DNA of 64,000 bases from Callorhinchus milii. Its lineage: Eukaryota. Shown one piece after another: positions 1 through 13,710 of the stretch; position 1 is the first letter of the stretch, and each line of letters begins with the position of its first letter. The notes beneath the pieces are model-generated. The model worked only from the letters and a program-made list of their open reading frames with translations. It did no database searches and was not told the origin of the DNA. Where the stretch lies: the NCBI RefSeq assembly GCF_018977255.1, contig NW_024704758.1:11532001-11596000 (forward strand), in the 5' to 3' direction. The translations under genes and the position numbers were made by a program.

Positions 1-203
1 ATAATCCCTCCAAAAACCAAAAACAATAATAAATTGGTCATTTTCAATCTACGACTGTTTGTGGGACATTGCTGTGCGCAATTGGCTGCCGCGTTCGCCC
101 ACAAATATACAGTCAATTCACTTTACAGTGTGTTCTGTGAAGCGCTTTGGGACGTCCTCCCGACGTGAAAAGCGCTATATCAAATGCAAGGATTATTATT
201 ATT
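1..203 (+). mobile_element. SINE family A, young subfamily, 3' part (cut by window edge)
   Basis: Nearly identical to the 3' 200 nt of the copies at 36066 and 54967; ends ...AAGCGCTATATCAAATGCAAGGA(TTA)n. Confidence 0.9.
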
Positions 204-332
204 ACTCTGATCTGTAAAGGACGATCACCCATTCCCACACAACTGTTAATCCAATGTTGTTGCTTATCCGAATGTCCTCTCCTGCAAGTACCATTCAGGA
301 AAACCACTGGAGCATCCAAAAGTAATATTAAA

Positions 333-508
333 AATAATCCTTGCATTTGATATAGTGCCTTATCATATCTTTGAGCCATCTCAAAGCGCTTCACAGAATA
401 TCCTGCAAAGTGAATTGACTGTATATTTTGTGGGCAAAATGTGGCAGCAAAGTACGCATGGCAGTGTCCCAGTGTTATGAATGGAGTGACCAAATCATTA
501 TTTATTAT
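333..508 (-). mobile_element. SINE family A, older 3' half
   Basis: Reverse complement of the family A tail (AATAATCCTTGCATTTGATATAG...GTGGGCAAAATGTGGCAGC). Confidence 0.85.
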
Positions 509-1309
509 AATTAAACGCCACAACTAATACACTTCAAACTCTATGAATTTGTCCAAGATATTTAAGATATCAATTGACCCAGTCCCTAATCCAGCAGCAT
601 TGAGCAATGATAGATTTTAATGGGAAACGCTACACACCTCTTGCATTCCCATAATAATGTTAAGCATCAGAACCCACTCAGCCCAAAGCAATTATAATGG
701 GGGCAAATTAAGTTATCTAGCAAGACAATGTGCGTTATGTTTTCTAAATCCTTTTTTAAAAATGGTAGAATGTGTAATCTTATCATTGTTTCACATTACA
801 GTCCCAGCATGGATGATGTTCGAGGTGAATTCACCACCAGTATCAAGAATTCCCATTAAATGTAATGGTTGTTTTGATTGTGGACTTTTGACATGGCTAC
901 TGATGTACTGCTATTCTGAGCACATTCAGTGCACTGAGCCTTGGGGCTGTTTGGGATATTTATTTCTACAGTATATTACCCACAGTGTAATAGTGGAACC
1001 ATTAGATGGTCAAAGTGATATTTGTCTCAAATCATGACAGACTGCACAGGGCTATGAAATATCCTGTGCGACACCTCTTAACAGCAGTAATCACAGTGCA
1101 TTTTTGACTGATACAAATGCAAGGATACATTTGAAGTTTAAAAGTCATCCACTGAGGTTACTGAATAATAACCATGTGTCTGTGTGTGTGGAGCACTTCT
1201 TTATGCATTCCCTTGTGTAAACCTAGAAGTACATAGAACTATACTTGCTGTTCATCCAACTAGTTTGGTGTTGATACTCCACCCCTCCTGACCCCTCTAT
1301 TCCCTTCTC

Positions 1310-1427
1310 ATGTTTCATCCACAAAATATACAGTCACTACACTTTACAGTATATTATGTGAAGTGCTTTGAGGCATCTCGAAAACGTGATAAGACGCTGT
1401 ATCAAGTGCAAGAATTATTATTGTTAT
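1310..1427 (+). mobile_element. SINE family A, 3' fragment
   Basis: CACAAAATATACAGTC...GTGAAGTGCTTTGAG...CGTGATAAGACGCTGTATCAAGTGCAAG followed by TTA repeats. Confidence 0.85.
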
Positions 1428-4400
1428 TCGTCGAAAATACTGGGTTTGCCTCTAAGGATGTAATTCTTTTTTTTCATGTTTTTGTTTCTATTTATTTCTA
1501 GGTGTGGGTGGCGCTGGCAGAGCCAGGAATTATCACCCATCCCTAGTTATTAGCTGCATTTGTGAAACCTATATGTTTAGCCATGATCCAGTCCTGTTCC
1601 CAGTTTTGCTAGTATTTTACAGTCAGGTTATGTTCCATTGCATCCCCTAGAGGTGAGACATGATAGTTTTAAATGGTTTGGAGCTCTTAGCCTGACATTA
1701 AAATCTTACTAGATGTAAAATTTAGAAAGAATTTAAATGAAATCCATTACTGTTTAATGAATTTGGATAACTTTTCTCTCGCAAGTGCACTAAATAATAT
1801 AATGTGTACATTATATCATATGGTGGATATTATTATTCCAATTTAGATCATTGTGAGGTCAATAGCAATGCTGGTTATTATAACATTGTATTTTCCATAC
1901 CCCCCATGTTTGTTGTGTGCCTCCTTTGTTTTAAACATTTTATCAACATCAAGTGGAACTAGTAATTAAATCCAATTCAAATGCTATGTAGAGCGGTGGC
2001 ATCTGGCATGGTGTCCAGAGATATTCGTTGGAATTTCCATGTATAGGTGGAATGCTTGGAACTCTCTGTTTGGTTTGGATACTCTTAAGCATGGACATGG
2101 GTTCTGCTCGTGTCAGACACCCGACTGACTCAAAAGAAAGTGGTGCATTGTGCTTTGGTAGCAGCATCAGTGAGGAACAGCTGTTCAGCATCAATGAGCC
2201 ATTCCCTTCTCTTAGTATAAACATAATAAGATACTGGTCAATGAAACATGGCATGACATGAAAACAATTCCATTAAATATTGTATGTTGCCAAAGCTTAA
2301 ATGGGGTCTAACAGTGGCCCTATTCTTTGAATGGCTCCTCCTCCCAATTAACAAATTAATTATATGGTAACATTACAAAGCCCACATTCGATATTTAGAG
2401 CTTCAACCTTCCCAGTATTATCATTGCAAATTCTTGTACTGTGTGATCAGCTAATTAATTTGGGGATTACAGAACTGATTAATGTTTCTTATTTATTTTA
2501 TAATTGATTGGTTAAATGTCTTCCACAAATAAACCCCTTGAGAAGTCCCATCAACCAATTGATGGATTTTCATCAACATTCAAATGTCAAGTCTAATGTC
2601 ATTGGGAATTTTTTTTTAATCTTCTCCCATATATTGTCCATTTCAGTAGAAGCTATAATACCTCTAATATATTGTGACTAATTTTATTCCAATCCTCGAT
2701 TAAACTTCTCCACCTTTGCTGGTGTTTCTGATCCATCGTCTGCTTCACTGCATATCAAATGATCTGCTCACCTCCCCAAGAATGCCAGTGTTCTGTGTAC
2801 CGAAAGAGTGACTATGCAGTGAATTGGATCAATGCTATGTTGGACCTTCAAGTAGTGAAGCATTTTCTGATATCAGTCTAAATGATCAATTCCAAAATAA
2901 AAGTCGCCCACTAGAATGCTGTCATTAATCCAGGCTAAACCTATTCCTCCTCCTCATCAAGGTTGAGCATGATATCCCTCTAATGCACTTACAGTCTGTT
3001 CCAGGATGATGGGTCTGTTTTCTGACCGATTATCTTTGGGTATTCAGTAGCGTGGCCTTCACACAAGCGAAGATCTAAACTTTATGAAAAAGAAGCTGAT
3101 GTTCTCTTCATCTCTTTCCAATAGAAACACTAAGTCAGAGAGTGGTGGAAATAGTCACCTCACAAAGTTTTTCAGGTTGATGTAAATTTCATCTCAAAGC
3201 TGAATGTTCTTACCTCCCTCTCATCAGTTTTGGATAACACTGCACTTATTGCAAGATACTATATTTGGTTCAACTGGGATCAGCTGTTCTTTTCTAATTG
3301 GGCTTCTTTCGCTGAAATCTGTATTCTGTTGCCAAGTTAAACATTCCGTTTTTATTAGTTAACCAGATAGGAATGGACTTCCATTAGTTAGTTATCTTTT
3401 GAAGTGTTTCTATCTTAAATTCACATACCTTTTTTTTTAACGTGCGCCAAATCAACCACTTGACCTCAATCTTTCTTTGACAAGTAGAGTTAAGTGAAAA
3501 TGATTAGCTTTCACCACGCTGCCCTCTGTAACTTGTAACTGCGGCTTTCAAGGGTTGTGTTAAATGATATTTCAGTCTGACCCTTTTACTGTAAGGTCTG
3601 TAAGGTTACCTTGTGAGCTCAGGTTTATACACACTCTGCTGCTAAGGTTAATGTGATGTCTGACAGGAGTCACTGAGACTATAGCTAAGAGTGAAGGAAG
3701 CTCTAGGAATTCAGTCAGTCAACCACCTGCTCCTATCTAGTTCCTCGTGAACTTTAAAATGCCTGCAAATATTTAGTGTGTTTCACTGTGTGAAACTGCA
3801 TCAAACTTTTTTAGTTTTAACAATGTTATTGGGGAGCACTTGATAGACCATAAAGCTTCAGCTAGGTGTGATTCATCACCCGGGAAAATCGAGTGGAAAT
3901 ATCAGAGATGAAGGACGTGACAATGGGTTCTGTCTTCATTGCTCAAACTGAAAATGTTGATGCTGATCTTTGCATTTGATATAGCGTCTTAACACATTGA
4001 GACGTCTCAATGCCCTTCTTGATATACATCAATAAAACTCATTCTAATTGCATCCAACTGAAGCTTGTTCATTCCATCTACTTTTATGGTTCTAAACACT
4101 TTTTACCTCACGTGGGACCAACTTTACTGCTTTTCTATTGTACGTCTGGCGTTCTATTGTAATTACTTACCCCAGAGTGCTTATTCACTGTTCCTGTGCG
4201 CAGCATTTTTTATGTAAGAAAATATCTGTCACACAATGACACCTGGAGACGATACTGTGCTGGTAACACAGTGCGTGTATTTAGGGCAGGGCCTGAGGGA
4301 ACTTCGCACTGCTGAGCACCATACAAAAGCTATGATAAGAGGTACTTTGATAGGCATAAACAGAGCTGAGTGCTCTTTAGATAATGCAGGTGTGGTTCAC

Positions 4401-4570
4401 ACCATTTCAATAACTTAGGTGAATAATTATTTACGTAAAGCAAATAGAAGTTGGAGCCCACGTGTAATCTATTCATACTTGCTAACCAAGTAATTTCAGG
4501 GCAAATTCCTGTTGAATGAATACGGCTTTGCTCAATTTACAAATGCTGCCCATTAGTGAACTGCACTATT

Positions 4571-4680
4571 AATAATAATCCTTGCATTCGATATAGCGCT
4601 TTATCAAGTCTTCGAGACGTCTCAAAACGCTTCACAGAATATACTGTAAAGTGAATTGACTGTATATTTTGTGGGCAAAA
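4571..4680 (-). mobile_element. SINE family A, 3' fragment
   Basis: Reverse complement of the family A tail, ending at GTGGGCAAAA. Confidence 0.85.
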
Positions 4681-6343
4681 CTATTGGCCTCCTGTAAGGA
4701 CTGTATGATTTTTACAATGCTCCAGACTGAAGTACTGATGTTAAATAACTGCCGGAATCAAGGGATAACATGGATATTGTGAAGCAGAAATCTGTTACCA
4801 TTAAACTATTCTTGACAAGCAAATGTAATGATGTTCATTTAGCAGAAACTGGCTGGATAGTGAAAGAGGCAATGCAGGGTAAAACCTTGGATGGCATCAA
4901 CAAGTAAATATTTAGAAATATGAGCAGTTAAATCTGACTGTGTTATCATGTTCCTTGCAATATCATTAATGCATGCTCAACTCCTACTTAAGAAACAGTT
5001 GCATTCTCAATAAGTATCACCTGCCATTGTATTAAAAGATACACAAGCAAAATATTTCAAAATTATACAAATTCTCTTAAGATTTGCCAACATGCATTCT
5101 ATTGAATGTTGAACTCTTGGGTTTGGAAAGAATATGGGAAAAGGTGTTGCAATGACTATATTTGACTATAAAATACAAATGCAGGAAATTCCACTCTGGT
5201 TGCTAACATTTCATATTGCTGAGTTGAAATTATGCAGCGGAGATAAAGAAAACTCTTTTTTTTAAAAAATCTAAGAAATGGGTTTAAAAAAGAACCTTTA
5301 ATGTAATGAGTTATGAACCTTGGAGAAATTGGATTAATTTATGTTCAAGACAGCCCAATCATGAATAATTACTGTTGGGCAGTGCACACTCATTAATAAT
5401 GAGTCAGCCTCTATCAGTTACAATAAACAGTTACCTTCATTATCTCAAGCATCAGAGCCAGCAGGATTTCTGTTTGTTCAATGGAAACCAACGTGGGGTA
5501 ACAGACTGCTTGTCTACAGCTTTGTCTGATTAAAATCTACCCTGTATCAACCATCAGGCTAGAATACAACTCTTAACAGATGAACTGGAAGACTTCTTAC
5601 CCTCATAACTAGCAAGATTAAAGCTGTTCTACACGGGAACTTTGGGAAATGTTCTTCAATGTGTTTAAAGAGGTCACTGAACATTAGCCCACTGAACTCG
5701 TAGAAGTGAATCGAATGATCCACTTCCTCTATGGTGCATTGAGAGATATTTCTGTGGAAGGGATTCAATATTTCTCAATGAATAAACCAAAGCAAGCTCT
5801 GAGTAAAGCTTACCTCTGGCTCATCAGGTCAGAGATAAAGATGAGGTCTATTTTCTAACTTGGCTTCGCAATCACTTTAAGCACTAGGGTATTGAAGGCC
5901 ATTGGATCTACCAAAAATAAGAACCCAGAGGATGTGTGTGCCCAATTTTATTCATTGTGTTAATGAACCGTTTGCCGACAAATGCACAGTAATGTTAATC
6001 CTTAATATTAATTCCTTTAAAACACTTTGAGACATCTCATCTATGTAGTAAAACAAATCCAAGGATTATTATTATCCTAATTTTGAGCATCAAGAGTCTT
6101 ACAATGTAAAGATTCAGGGATTTATGTAAATTAACATATTTTAATGTTCAGTCCGACACACATCTCATTCTCCAGCATACTTAAACCTATCACACCAAAT
6201 CCCTTTAAAGAACTTCTTGAATCTGTTCAGGTTTCTTCAAGGCTTGAACTTTATGTGAACCACTATAATTTGGAGCATATAGGACATAGTAAGGACTATA
6301 ACAAAATAGGGTAATGTGTTGAATGCAAGGATTACCATTTCAT

Positions 6344-6722
6344 AGAGACCTGTAGCTTAGTGATTAGAGCACTTGCCTCACAAGCGAGAGGACCTGGGTT
6401 TGATTCCCGGGGAGGGCGAAACATTGGGCAAGCTTCCTTAATGCACATGCCTCTGTTTACTTAGCAGGAAGTAGGAACCTGTTTGTTAGTCGATTGGTAG
6501 ATCGCTTTTTCAGGGGTAATAATCCCTTCAAATATAAAAATAATAATAATTGGGTCACTCAATCCATGACTGTTTGTGGGACACTGCTGTGCGCAATTGT
6601 TTGCCGCATTTCACCCATAAAATATACAGTCAATTCACTTTAGAGTGTATTCTGTGAAGCGCTTTGAGATATCTCAAAGACGTGATAAGGCACTGTATCA
6701 AATGCAGGGATTATTATTATTA
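6344..6722 (+). mobile_element. SINE family A, full length, long (old) subfamily
   Basis: tRNA-like head with A box (TAGCTTAGTGA) and B-box-like GGTTTGATTCC; anticodon loop CTCACAA; central GCCTCTGTTTAC...GATCGCTTTT segment; L2-type tail and (TTA)n. Confidence 0.9.
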
Positions 6723-7174
6723 AACTGATACTGTATGAGTTAGCCCATTGAAGAAAGAGCAGCTAGATGTATCTGACTGAAATTGTATTGGATGATATAG
6801 TGACCGATACAGAACCAGGTGAACAAATATTTCATGGAATATTCAGTAATTCTTTCAGTGCTGTTGGGTCTGGGAGCTGGTATTTACATCATGCTGTGTG
6901 CTAATCGGTTGTTGTGTTTGCCTAAAGTCACTACATTTTACAGAAAATGTTGTGGTGTGCTTTCAGATGTTTCTGAAGCTGGATTTGCAATAGCAGAGAT
7001 GGATGAATATTTAGGAAGCTTTGCTTGTTATACTTGTGAGAGTGATCTGGTTGGGTTGTCTATGTAGGGCAAACTCCATGTGTATTGTATGATATTGCAA
7101 AGTAGAATAACAATTGAATTCCATTGGGTTGATATTGCCATCACAGTGATATAATAATGCTGCTTCAACCCTCT

Positions 7175-7320
7175 CAGCTGAATCCCTGTCGAACTCTCTT
7201 TGTAAGAACTTGGCTGCCTTGCATGATTCCAGTTCTTCCCTCTAATTTGATGTCATCTGCAAATTTAACTAAATTGCCCCTGAGTCTACGAATCCAGGTC
7301 ATCTATTTGTTTCCAAACTA
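7175..7320 (-). mobile_element. CR1-type LINE reverse transcriptase remnant
   Basis: Minus strand reads NLVKFADDIKLEG then LQREFDR, resembling the CR1 RT motifs SKFADDTKLGG and LQRDLDRL; disrupted by frameshift and stop. Confidence 0.7.
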
Positions 7321-7548
7321 CAAATTCTCTCGTGTTCCAGGCCTAGTTTTTGCTCTCTATTATTAATGGCTCATTGCCGATTCTAAATTAACCCTCCTAC
7401 ATTTTCTTCAGTTAGTAACTGACAGATCAGACCATATAAAGCTCTTCCCAGAGGTGTTCTTCCAGTCATTAGTTCAGCCAATGCTAACAAAAAGGCTAGG
7501 TTTGTCTGAGAAATTACTGGGAGCTAGGTTACAAGCAGTCGAATGGAT

Positions 7549-7612
7549 GATAATAATAATAATCCTTGCATTTGATATAGCGTCTTATCACGTCTTTGAG
7601 ACATCTCAAAAT
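7549..7612 (-). mobile_element. SINE family A, tail fragment
   Basis: (AAT)n CCTTGCATTTGATATAGCGTCTTATCACGTC. Confidence 0.8.
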
Positions 7613-7884
7613 GTCTCACTTTCTCCCACCCTTGAGTACTATTTGATACGTGGCTGCAATCTAGGCCTGGGCTGCTAATGGCATGACTGTACTTGTGCCC
7701 GAGAGAGAATCCTTTTATCAAAAAATAATTCCTGGAGCAGAAATTCAGCAGGATCGTAAATTGTGTTGAAAATGTACTGATCAGGAGATGGTTCAGTTCT
7801 CTTGTCCTGACTTCATTATCCTATTCTTTCATAGAGGTTTTTGAAAGGAGGGGTGGGATGGGGGGGGGGGAGAGCCAGTGTTCC

Positions 7885-8212
7885 AATTGGCTAAGATGAC
7901 ATGCAACACTGGTGGAGCACTGTATGTGAGAGGTACCATCCTCTCGATAAAATGTCAAACCTGTTCAGGTGGATGCTGAAAATGTCACCACGCCAATCGG
8001 GAAGTGGAGGGGTTTCTCCTGGTGTCCTGGCCAATAATCCTCCAGATAAAAATGGTCATTCACAGCATGGCTGTTTGTAGGACAATGATGCGTGCACATT
8101 GGTTGTTGCGTTCGTGTACAATAAATAGTCACTAGATAAATAAAGAGTCAATAGAAAACTCTGAAGTGGTTCAAGACATTTTGACTTGTAAGGATGCGAG
8201 GATTATTATTAT
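7885..8212 (+). mobile_element. Deu-domain SINE (family C), decayed
   Basis: CCTGTTCAGGTGGATG...GGTGTCCTGGCCAATAATCC...GGCTGTTTGTAGGAC, ends GGA(TTA)n; similar to the 26229 and 37200 copies. Confidence 0.7.
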
Positions 8213-8609
8213 TGTACCTGTTTCTTTATATGTGGAAGCACTGTAAATCATGATGGAGGTGACTTTAAGCCTGTGCCTGTGAACCTTGCTGTTCTTATTT
8301 TCTATTCATATGGCGAGAAAACCGTTAAGTATTAATTAACATTTGCAGTAACTCTATTACTGAGGACACACCAGAACAACAATGGGTTTCATCTGTTCAA
8401 AACAATCCTGTGGTACAATGCCAGTCTTTATAGGTAATTTTCTGGATTTTCTGAAAAGTGCCATCTGGATCATCAAAATCCCCTGGGATCGTGCCACCTA
8501 CAGCCAGGGATTGTGGCAGCTGGTCGTCATTCCACTTTAGTTAGTTAGTTATTCAACATCCACAGTCGTATATGCGTACAATTGCAAGAAATTCTGAACC
8601 TTCAATGAT

Positions 8610-9080
8610 CAACAACAAAACAACAAGGTTACATTTGTATAGCGCCTTTCAGTTCAGGAGGACATCCCACGGCGCTGGACAGTGTACAGCATTTCAGATC
8701 CGAGATGGGATCGGGGAGGGTGGAGGGGGGAAGGGAGGGGGAAGGGGGGTGGCCGATGGCATGGTCAAAGAGGAGGGTCTTGAGGCGGGACTTGAAGGAG
8801 GCTAAGGAGGGGGCGAGGCGGAGTGACTGGGGGATGGAATGCCAGAGGCTGGGGGCAGAGTGGCTGAAGGCTCTTCCACCAATGTGGGGCGGGTGGGTCG
8901 GGGGACACGGCCGAGCGGAGGGAGCGGGAGGGTTGGTAGGAGGTTAGGAGTTGGCAGAGGTAGGGGCGAGGCCACAGAGGACTTTGTATGTGAGAACCAG
9001 GATCTTGAACTGGATCCTCTGAAGGATAGGGAGCCAATGGAGTCGGGTGAAAGTGGGGGAGATGGGGTCCTGAATGAGCT
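8610..9080 (-). mobile_element. L2 LINE 3' fragment
   Basis: (CAA)n tail with TATAGCGCCTTTC; G-rich body homologous to the L2 at 55488 (GGATCTTGAA, GAGTGGCTGAAGGC). Confidence 0.85.
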
Positions 9081-9465
9081 ATTGCTGAACACCTGAAGCA
9101 CTCTTGACTTTTAACTGCAGATGCAAAACCTGTCTCGCCACTTGTCCTAACTACATCAGCGTGTTAAAATCCCGTGTGTGTGTGTGCAATGGACAGAGAC
9201 TGCCAGAGGGAGGCAGGATGTACAAGCAATTCATGCAACATGAATACTGGAATATCAGCTTGTGTGTACTGTACGAAAGCAATGTGTAATGGAACAAAAC
9301 ATTATTTATTTATCTGTATTTATTTTATGCACAGGCCAGACAGCTAGTTTATTGTAACACAACGATCTACGTCAAAAGATATCAAAATTAGATTATAATA
9401 TTCGGGCTCACCCAGTAACTGACTTGAAACTGTGAAAATTAAATGAAATCCACTTCTCGGGGATA

Positions 9466-9485
9466 TGTGTGTGTGTGTGTGTGTG
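9466..9485. repeat. (TG)n microsatellite
   Basis: About 10 TG units visible. Confidence 0.9.
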
Positions 9486-9848
9486 AATTGTGAACGCTTA
9501 TTACATGATAGTGACAGCGATCAGCAAATCAATTGATTTTGATGCCGGTTCAGTGTCTCTCTGTTCAAAAGAGTAACAGGAGCTGATCTGATCCTAGTTA
9601 TTTCATTGTTTTTCATCATTTCAAAATGAATAGTGATAATACTGCACTCACTGTGGCTGCTGGCCTCGGTGAGATGAGATTTCAGCCATTTGCTTCAATG
9701 ACATTTTGGGGTGGGAGTGAGAACTGCAGGACAACTCCTTGCAACCTAGCCCTTATTTATCATTCCAGATGTACTCTTTCTCACCATCTCCCCCCCGATA
9801 AAACCACTACAGAAACACCACCAAAGGGCAATTTCTTTACTATCAAAC

Positions 9849-9948
9849 AATAATAATAATAATCCTCGTGTTTGATATAGCACCAAAGGGCCTCTCAAAG
9901 CGCTTCACAAGATTTATTGGTAAGTGGAGTGACTGTGTATTTGTGGGC
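9849..9948 (-). mobile_element. SINE family A, decayed 3' fragment
   Basis: (AAT)n CCTCGTGTTTGATATAGC...CAAAGCGCTTCACA...TTGTGGGC. Confidence 0.75.
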
Positions 9949-12900
9949 TACTTCCAGAGTGCAGACTGTTCCAAGTGAACAGTATGTCACTATGTAAGGC
10001 AGTTTTGCAGCCGCCAATAATTGATGCTGCCCTTTAGCAGGAACGCACAGGCCAATATCACACATTGCATCTGCCTCCACTCTAGTATCGTCACTGCACA
10101 TGAGGTCTGGAATTCTACTCAGTCTTAGCCTGAAAGATCACAGCTTAAAACTTAAAATTGCGCAGAATTGGAGGAAAATCGTTAAATAAAGGAACTCTGT
10201 CTTACCAGCTGGTCCTTTTAAGAAACTGTAGAAAATCGGGTTCCATTCCAAATTTAAAGACTAAATTAGCCTTGCAGGCTAAGACTAGGTGGAACTTTTG
10301 GGGCCATAGTGCTTTAATACCAATGGTAGCAGTCCTACATTTAAGCTAATTACTGCCATTCCACATGCCCACATTAAATGAAACCGAGTAGAAAGCACAA
10401 AGGAGTATGAGAGCATTATTTTGTACAAGATTTGCAGAAGGTGCTGACAGCAGGAGAAGGCTATGAGTCTATTAACAACGAAAGCATATTCCATTAAAAA
10501 AAAGGCTATTCAGCCAATTGACCCTGTTCATCTAAATCACATAGATTCTCTCATGTCATGGGTTTTATTGAACCCATTCATTCTCCCAGGATGATGGCCA
10601 ACCATTGATAAGATTCTGTAAAATGCTTCCCTGGTAAAATAGTTTTTTCCCCAACCTCCAGGGGCAATGAGGCAAAACTGGAGTAGATTAATCCATCCTT
10701 AAAACAGACACTTATAGCTGACTATTTTCATTCCACAGATATACTATCCGTGGTCTTGGCAGCACACCAACCATCACGTACCATGGCAAGTTTTGTTCCT
10801 ATGTCTATCCCTATAACCCTCGATTCCATTTTTGACTTATATTTACCAAGCACTTTTGTAGCTGCTATTTTTTACTGGGATGAGAAGTAAGGTCAGACAC
10901 AAAGCAGTATTAAAAGCGCTTAATGTGTGGGAGGAACTGTAGGAGTTAGTGACCCCACTATCTTCTCTGTGCTTATAAACAGACTCATTTAAGCAATACA
11001 CTTCTTTGTAAAGTCATTTTATTTTTAATATTTGAACATTAATTTTGGAGTGCAGTCCTTTATATTATTGAGGATTAAGACATGTTTAGACCTCCCCTTT
11101 CACACATCCCAAGTTCCCAACCTGTGCTGACATCTGAGAAAGATTTCAGGGAACAGGAGACAATTTGCCAGTGGCAGGTAGAACGGAGTGGGGGGTGCGG
11201 GAGGGAAAAGGATATTTTTGAACGTGTACCATTTCCGTACACACTCTATTGATTTTGCTGGCTAACAGGAACAATTATACTGTAACAATACCTGTTGCAA
11301 AGAAAAATCTCCCTTTGCCATTGTTTATTCCCCTTAGGCAAATTATGTTTACAAGTCAATCTATAAACGTATTCTGTAAATTCATTACCTCACATGATTG
11401 CTGACATGAGATGCATAGATTTCCCATTTTGGAATCAAGCTGTTATGCTTGGTCATGTTAACATTCTGTGAATTCAATCTGACTACATTTTGTTCTGAAA
11501 ATGGTGAAATGTGCAATTTGTATAACTGAGATCCACTCTAATCTTGGAAATGATGAGTTTTCAGGAATTTGTTAGTTGCCGTGAATGCACCAGAATTTCC
11601 TGAGGGGATAGTTATTTTTTTTTCGATCCAGAAACTTCAAAGCAAAATAATACAATATTGAATTGATATGCAAGGCCTTTTTTTTTTACAAAGTCTGCAC
11701 TATTTCTGAAATTCTCGAACCGTACATTTTTCGCTTATTGCAGATTTGTGATTATTACTCGGTGGAAGAGCTCAATTTCGCAAACTGGCCATTCAGTTTG
11801 TAATGTTATTGACCTAGTTTTAAAAAACATATTTAGACCATTTTCTTTCATTTTTGAGATGTGAGAATGGATGAGCTTGACAGAAATGTTGAAGCCCTGT
11901 GATCGCAAACCGAAGAGTGATTCGAAACACTGGTTGCATTCCCTTATCGGTGTTTAGCACCACGATTAATCTGTGATTATCCAGCCGTGCAGTGCTCAGA
12001 TGCTACTCTGCGTGAAGGGCACTCTATAAATGGTGGTTGTTGATGATTGGGACATGGCTTTGTTCCATTGCACACTGTGCTCTATAAGCCCTGAATTGTT
12101 CAATATTATTAGTTTTACTCTTTATCTTTAAGAGAAACAGAGAAAGCTGTGATCTTAAATAATAGAATTCCACTTCAGCCACAGCATAATGTATTTGATA
12201 GGTTCTGAATGGAACATAAGCAATTAGGGATGGGGAAGAGATTTATGAGGTAAATCTGGCTGAAGATTGCCTAAATCCATTTGCTTTCCATTAAGTTTTT
12301 GTAAACCTTTCACATATAGCTGATACTGTTTTTGTAGCCTGGACTGTGAAATAGTCCTATATGTTTTGTATTTGAATTCATTTCTTTGTATCATAATCTG
12401 ATTTGGAACATTTACTATATTGTTTTGTACTGTAATGTAATATCACTAAGTACTGCTCTTAATGTTTAATAGGGCGAATAGAGAAACTTTAAGCCAGTCT
12501 GTTTGTGGCAAAATTTGGGGATTTTTCTTTCAAAAAAAGGGTTAAACGACAGTTGGACTAGGTAGGCTTTAACTCCACCCACCCTCAAATTTAAATGTTA
12601 ATGATTCATTGCACAATAAAAGAAAGATATTGTTTAATGTTTTCCAAAGACATTTCATAGGTCTGTGCCAGGGAATTGGCTAGAACTCTGTTTAGCGTAA
12701 CAACTAGTAGAAAGGTTTCTTGCTGAATCAGATGTTACAATGATCACTTTTACATTATCATGGTCCTGCCTCGCAAAAAACTTTAAAGAATCAGCTCATC
12801 AGCAATTCTCTCACAGCAGCTGACATTAAATCATGCTCAGTCGGAAGACCAATTAAATATTTCAGTTACACGGCATCTGAAAAATGCTGATGTTACAAAA

Positions 12901-13559
12901 CTGCTTTCCGGCATTCAATATATGATATGTACTATTAGAATTCTTCATTTCCTCCAAAAGTGACTATGCTTTGAGTGACCTAAGACAAGTGACCCAAGTA
13001 TTCAGTGGTCAATAAATCCATGTCCCCATGATGGATGCCATCTATCTGGAAGAAATCCTTTCTGATATGATGTGTTTTTTTCCATCAAAGCTTGACTTGG
13101 AGGCAGTTATGACATGACCGGATCTATCTTTATGTTGAATTGACTGAAATATCAATGCTTTTGAGCCAATTAAAGAACAATTGGTTTGGCAGAGATGACT
13201 TCTCTGATAGAAGTTTCACTTGACATATTTATTAGGAAAGAATAAATGTTTTTCTTTTGTCAGATATCTGTTCTGATTTGCTTGATTTGGCTAAACTTAA
13301 CATTGCCAGTCGATATATAAAGTTCTGTGAGTTTAGTTGCATCTTAACACAAAGTCCAAAGATTAAGCTGTCTCTATGAACCTTTTTCCTTCTACATCTC
13401 AATGAAGGAAGCCACAGAAATATCTTGTCCCATCTCTCAGAATCATTTACTGTCAAAGGCTAAAAAGCAGACACAATGACCTAGAACAGCTCCGGTTACA
13501 CTTGGTTATACTGCTTTGGATGAATTGCATCCCAAGACTCAACAAACCAAAACTGGGGG

Positions 13560-13710
13560 AGGGTTGCATTATTGAAGTTGCTGTCCTTCAGACCAGATGT
13601 TAAACCAAGGTCTTGTATGCCTGCACAAGTGGATGTTAAATATCCTCCGATTCAATTTGAAAAGAGAAAAAAACAGAGAACAAAGTTTTCATGGGGCGTG
13701 GGTCAGTGGC
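13560..13710 (+). mobile_element. Deu-domain SINE fragment
   Basis: GCTGTCCTTCAG...GATGTTAAACCAAGG...GTGGATGTTAAATATCC resembles the central domain of family C. Confidence 0.55.

Noticed and set aside
113-523. Recurrent small ORFs with motifs such as [17 protein letters not shown] and [11 protein letters not shown]
   Set aside because: These are translations of SINE copies, not a protein family
8572-9101. Overlapping Gly/Pro-rich ORFs (also 40855-41154 and 55530-56299)
   Set aside because: Alternative frames of GC-skewed L2 sequence
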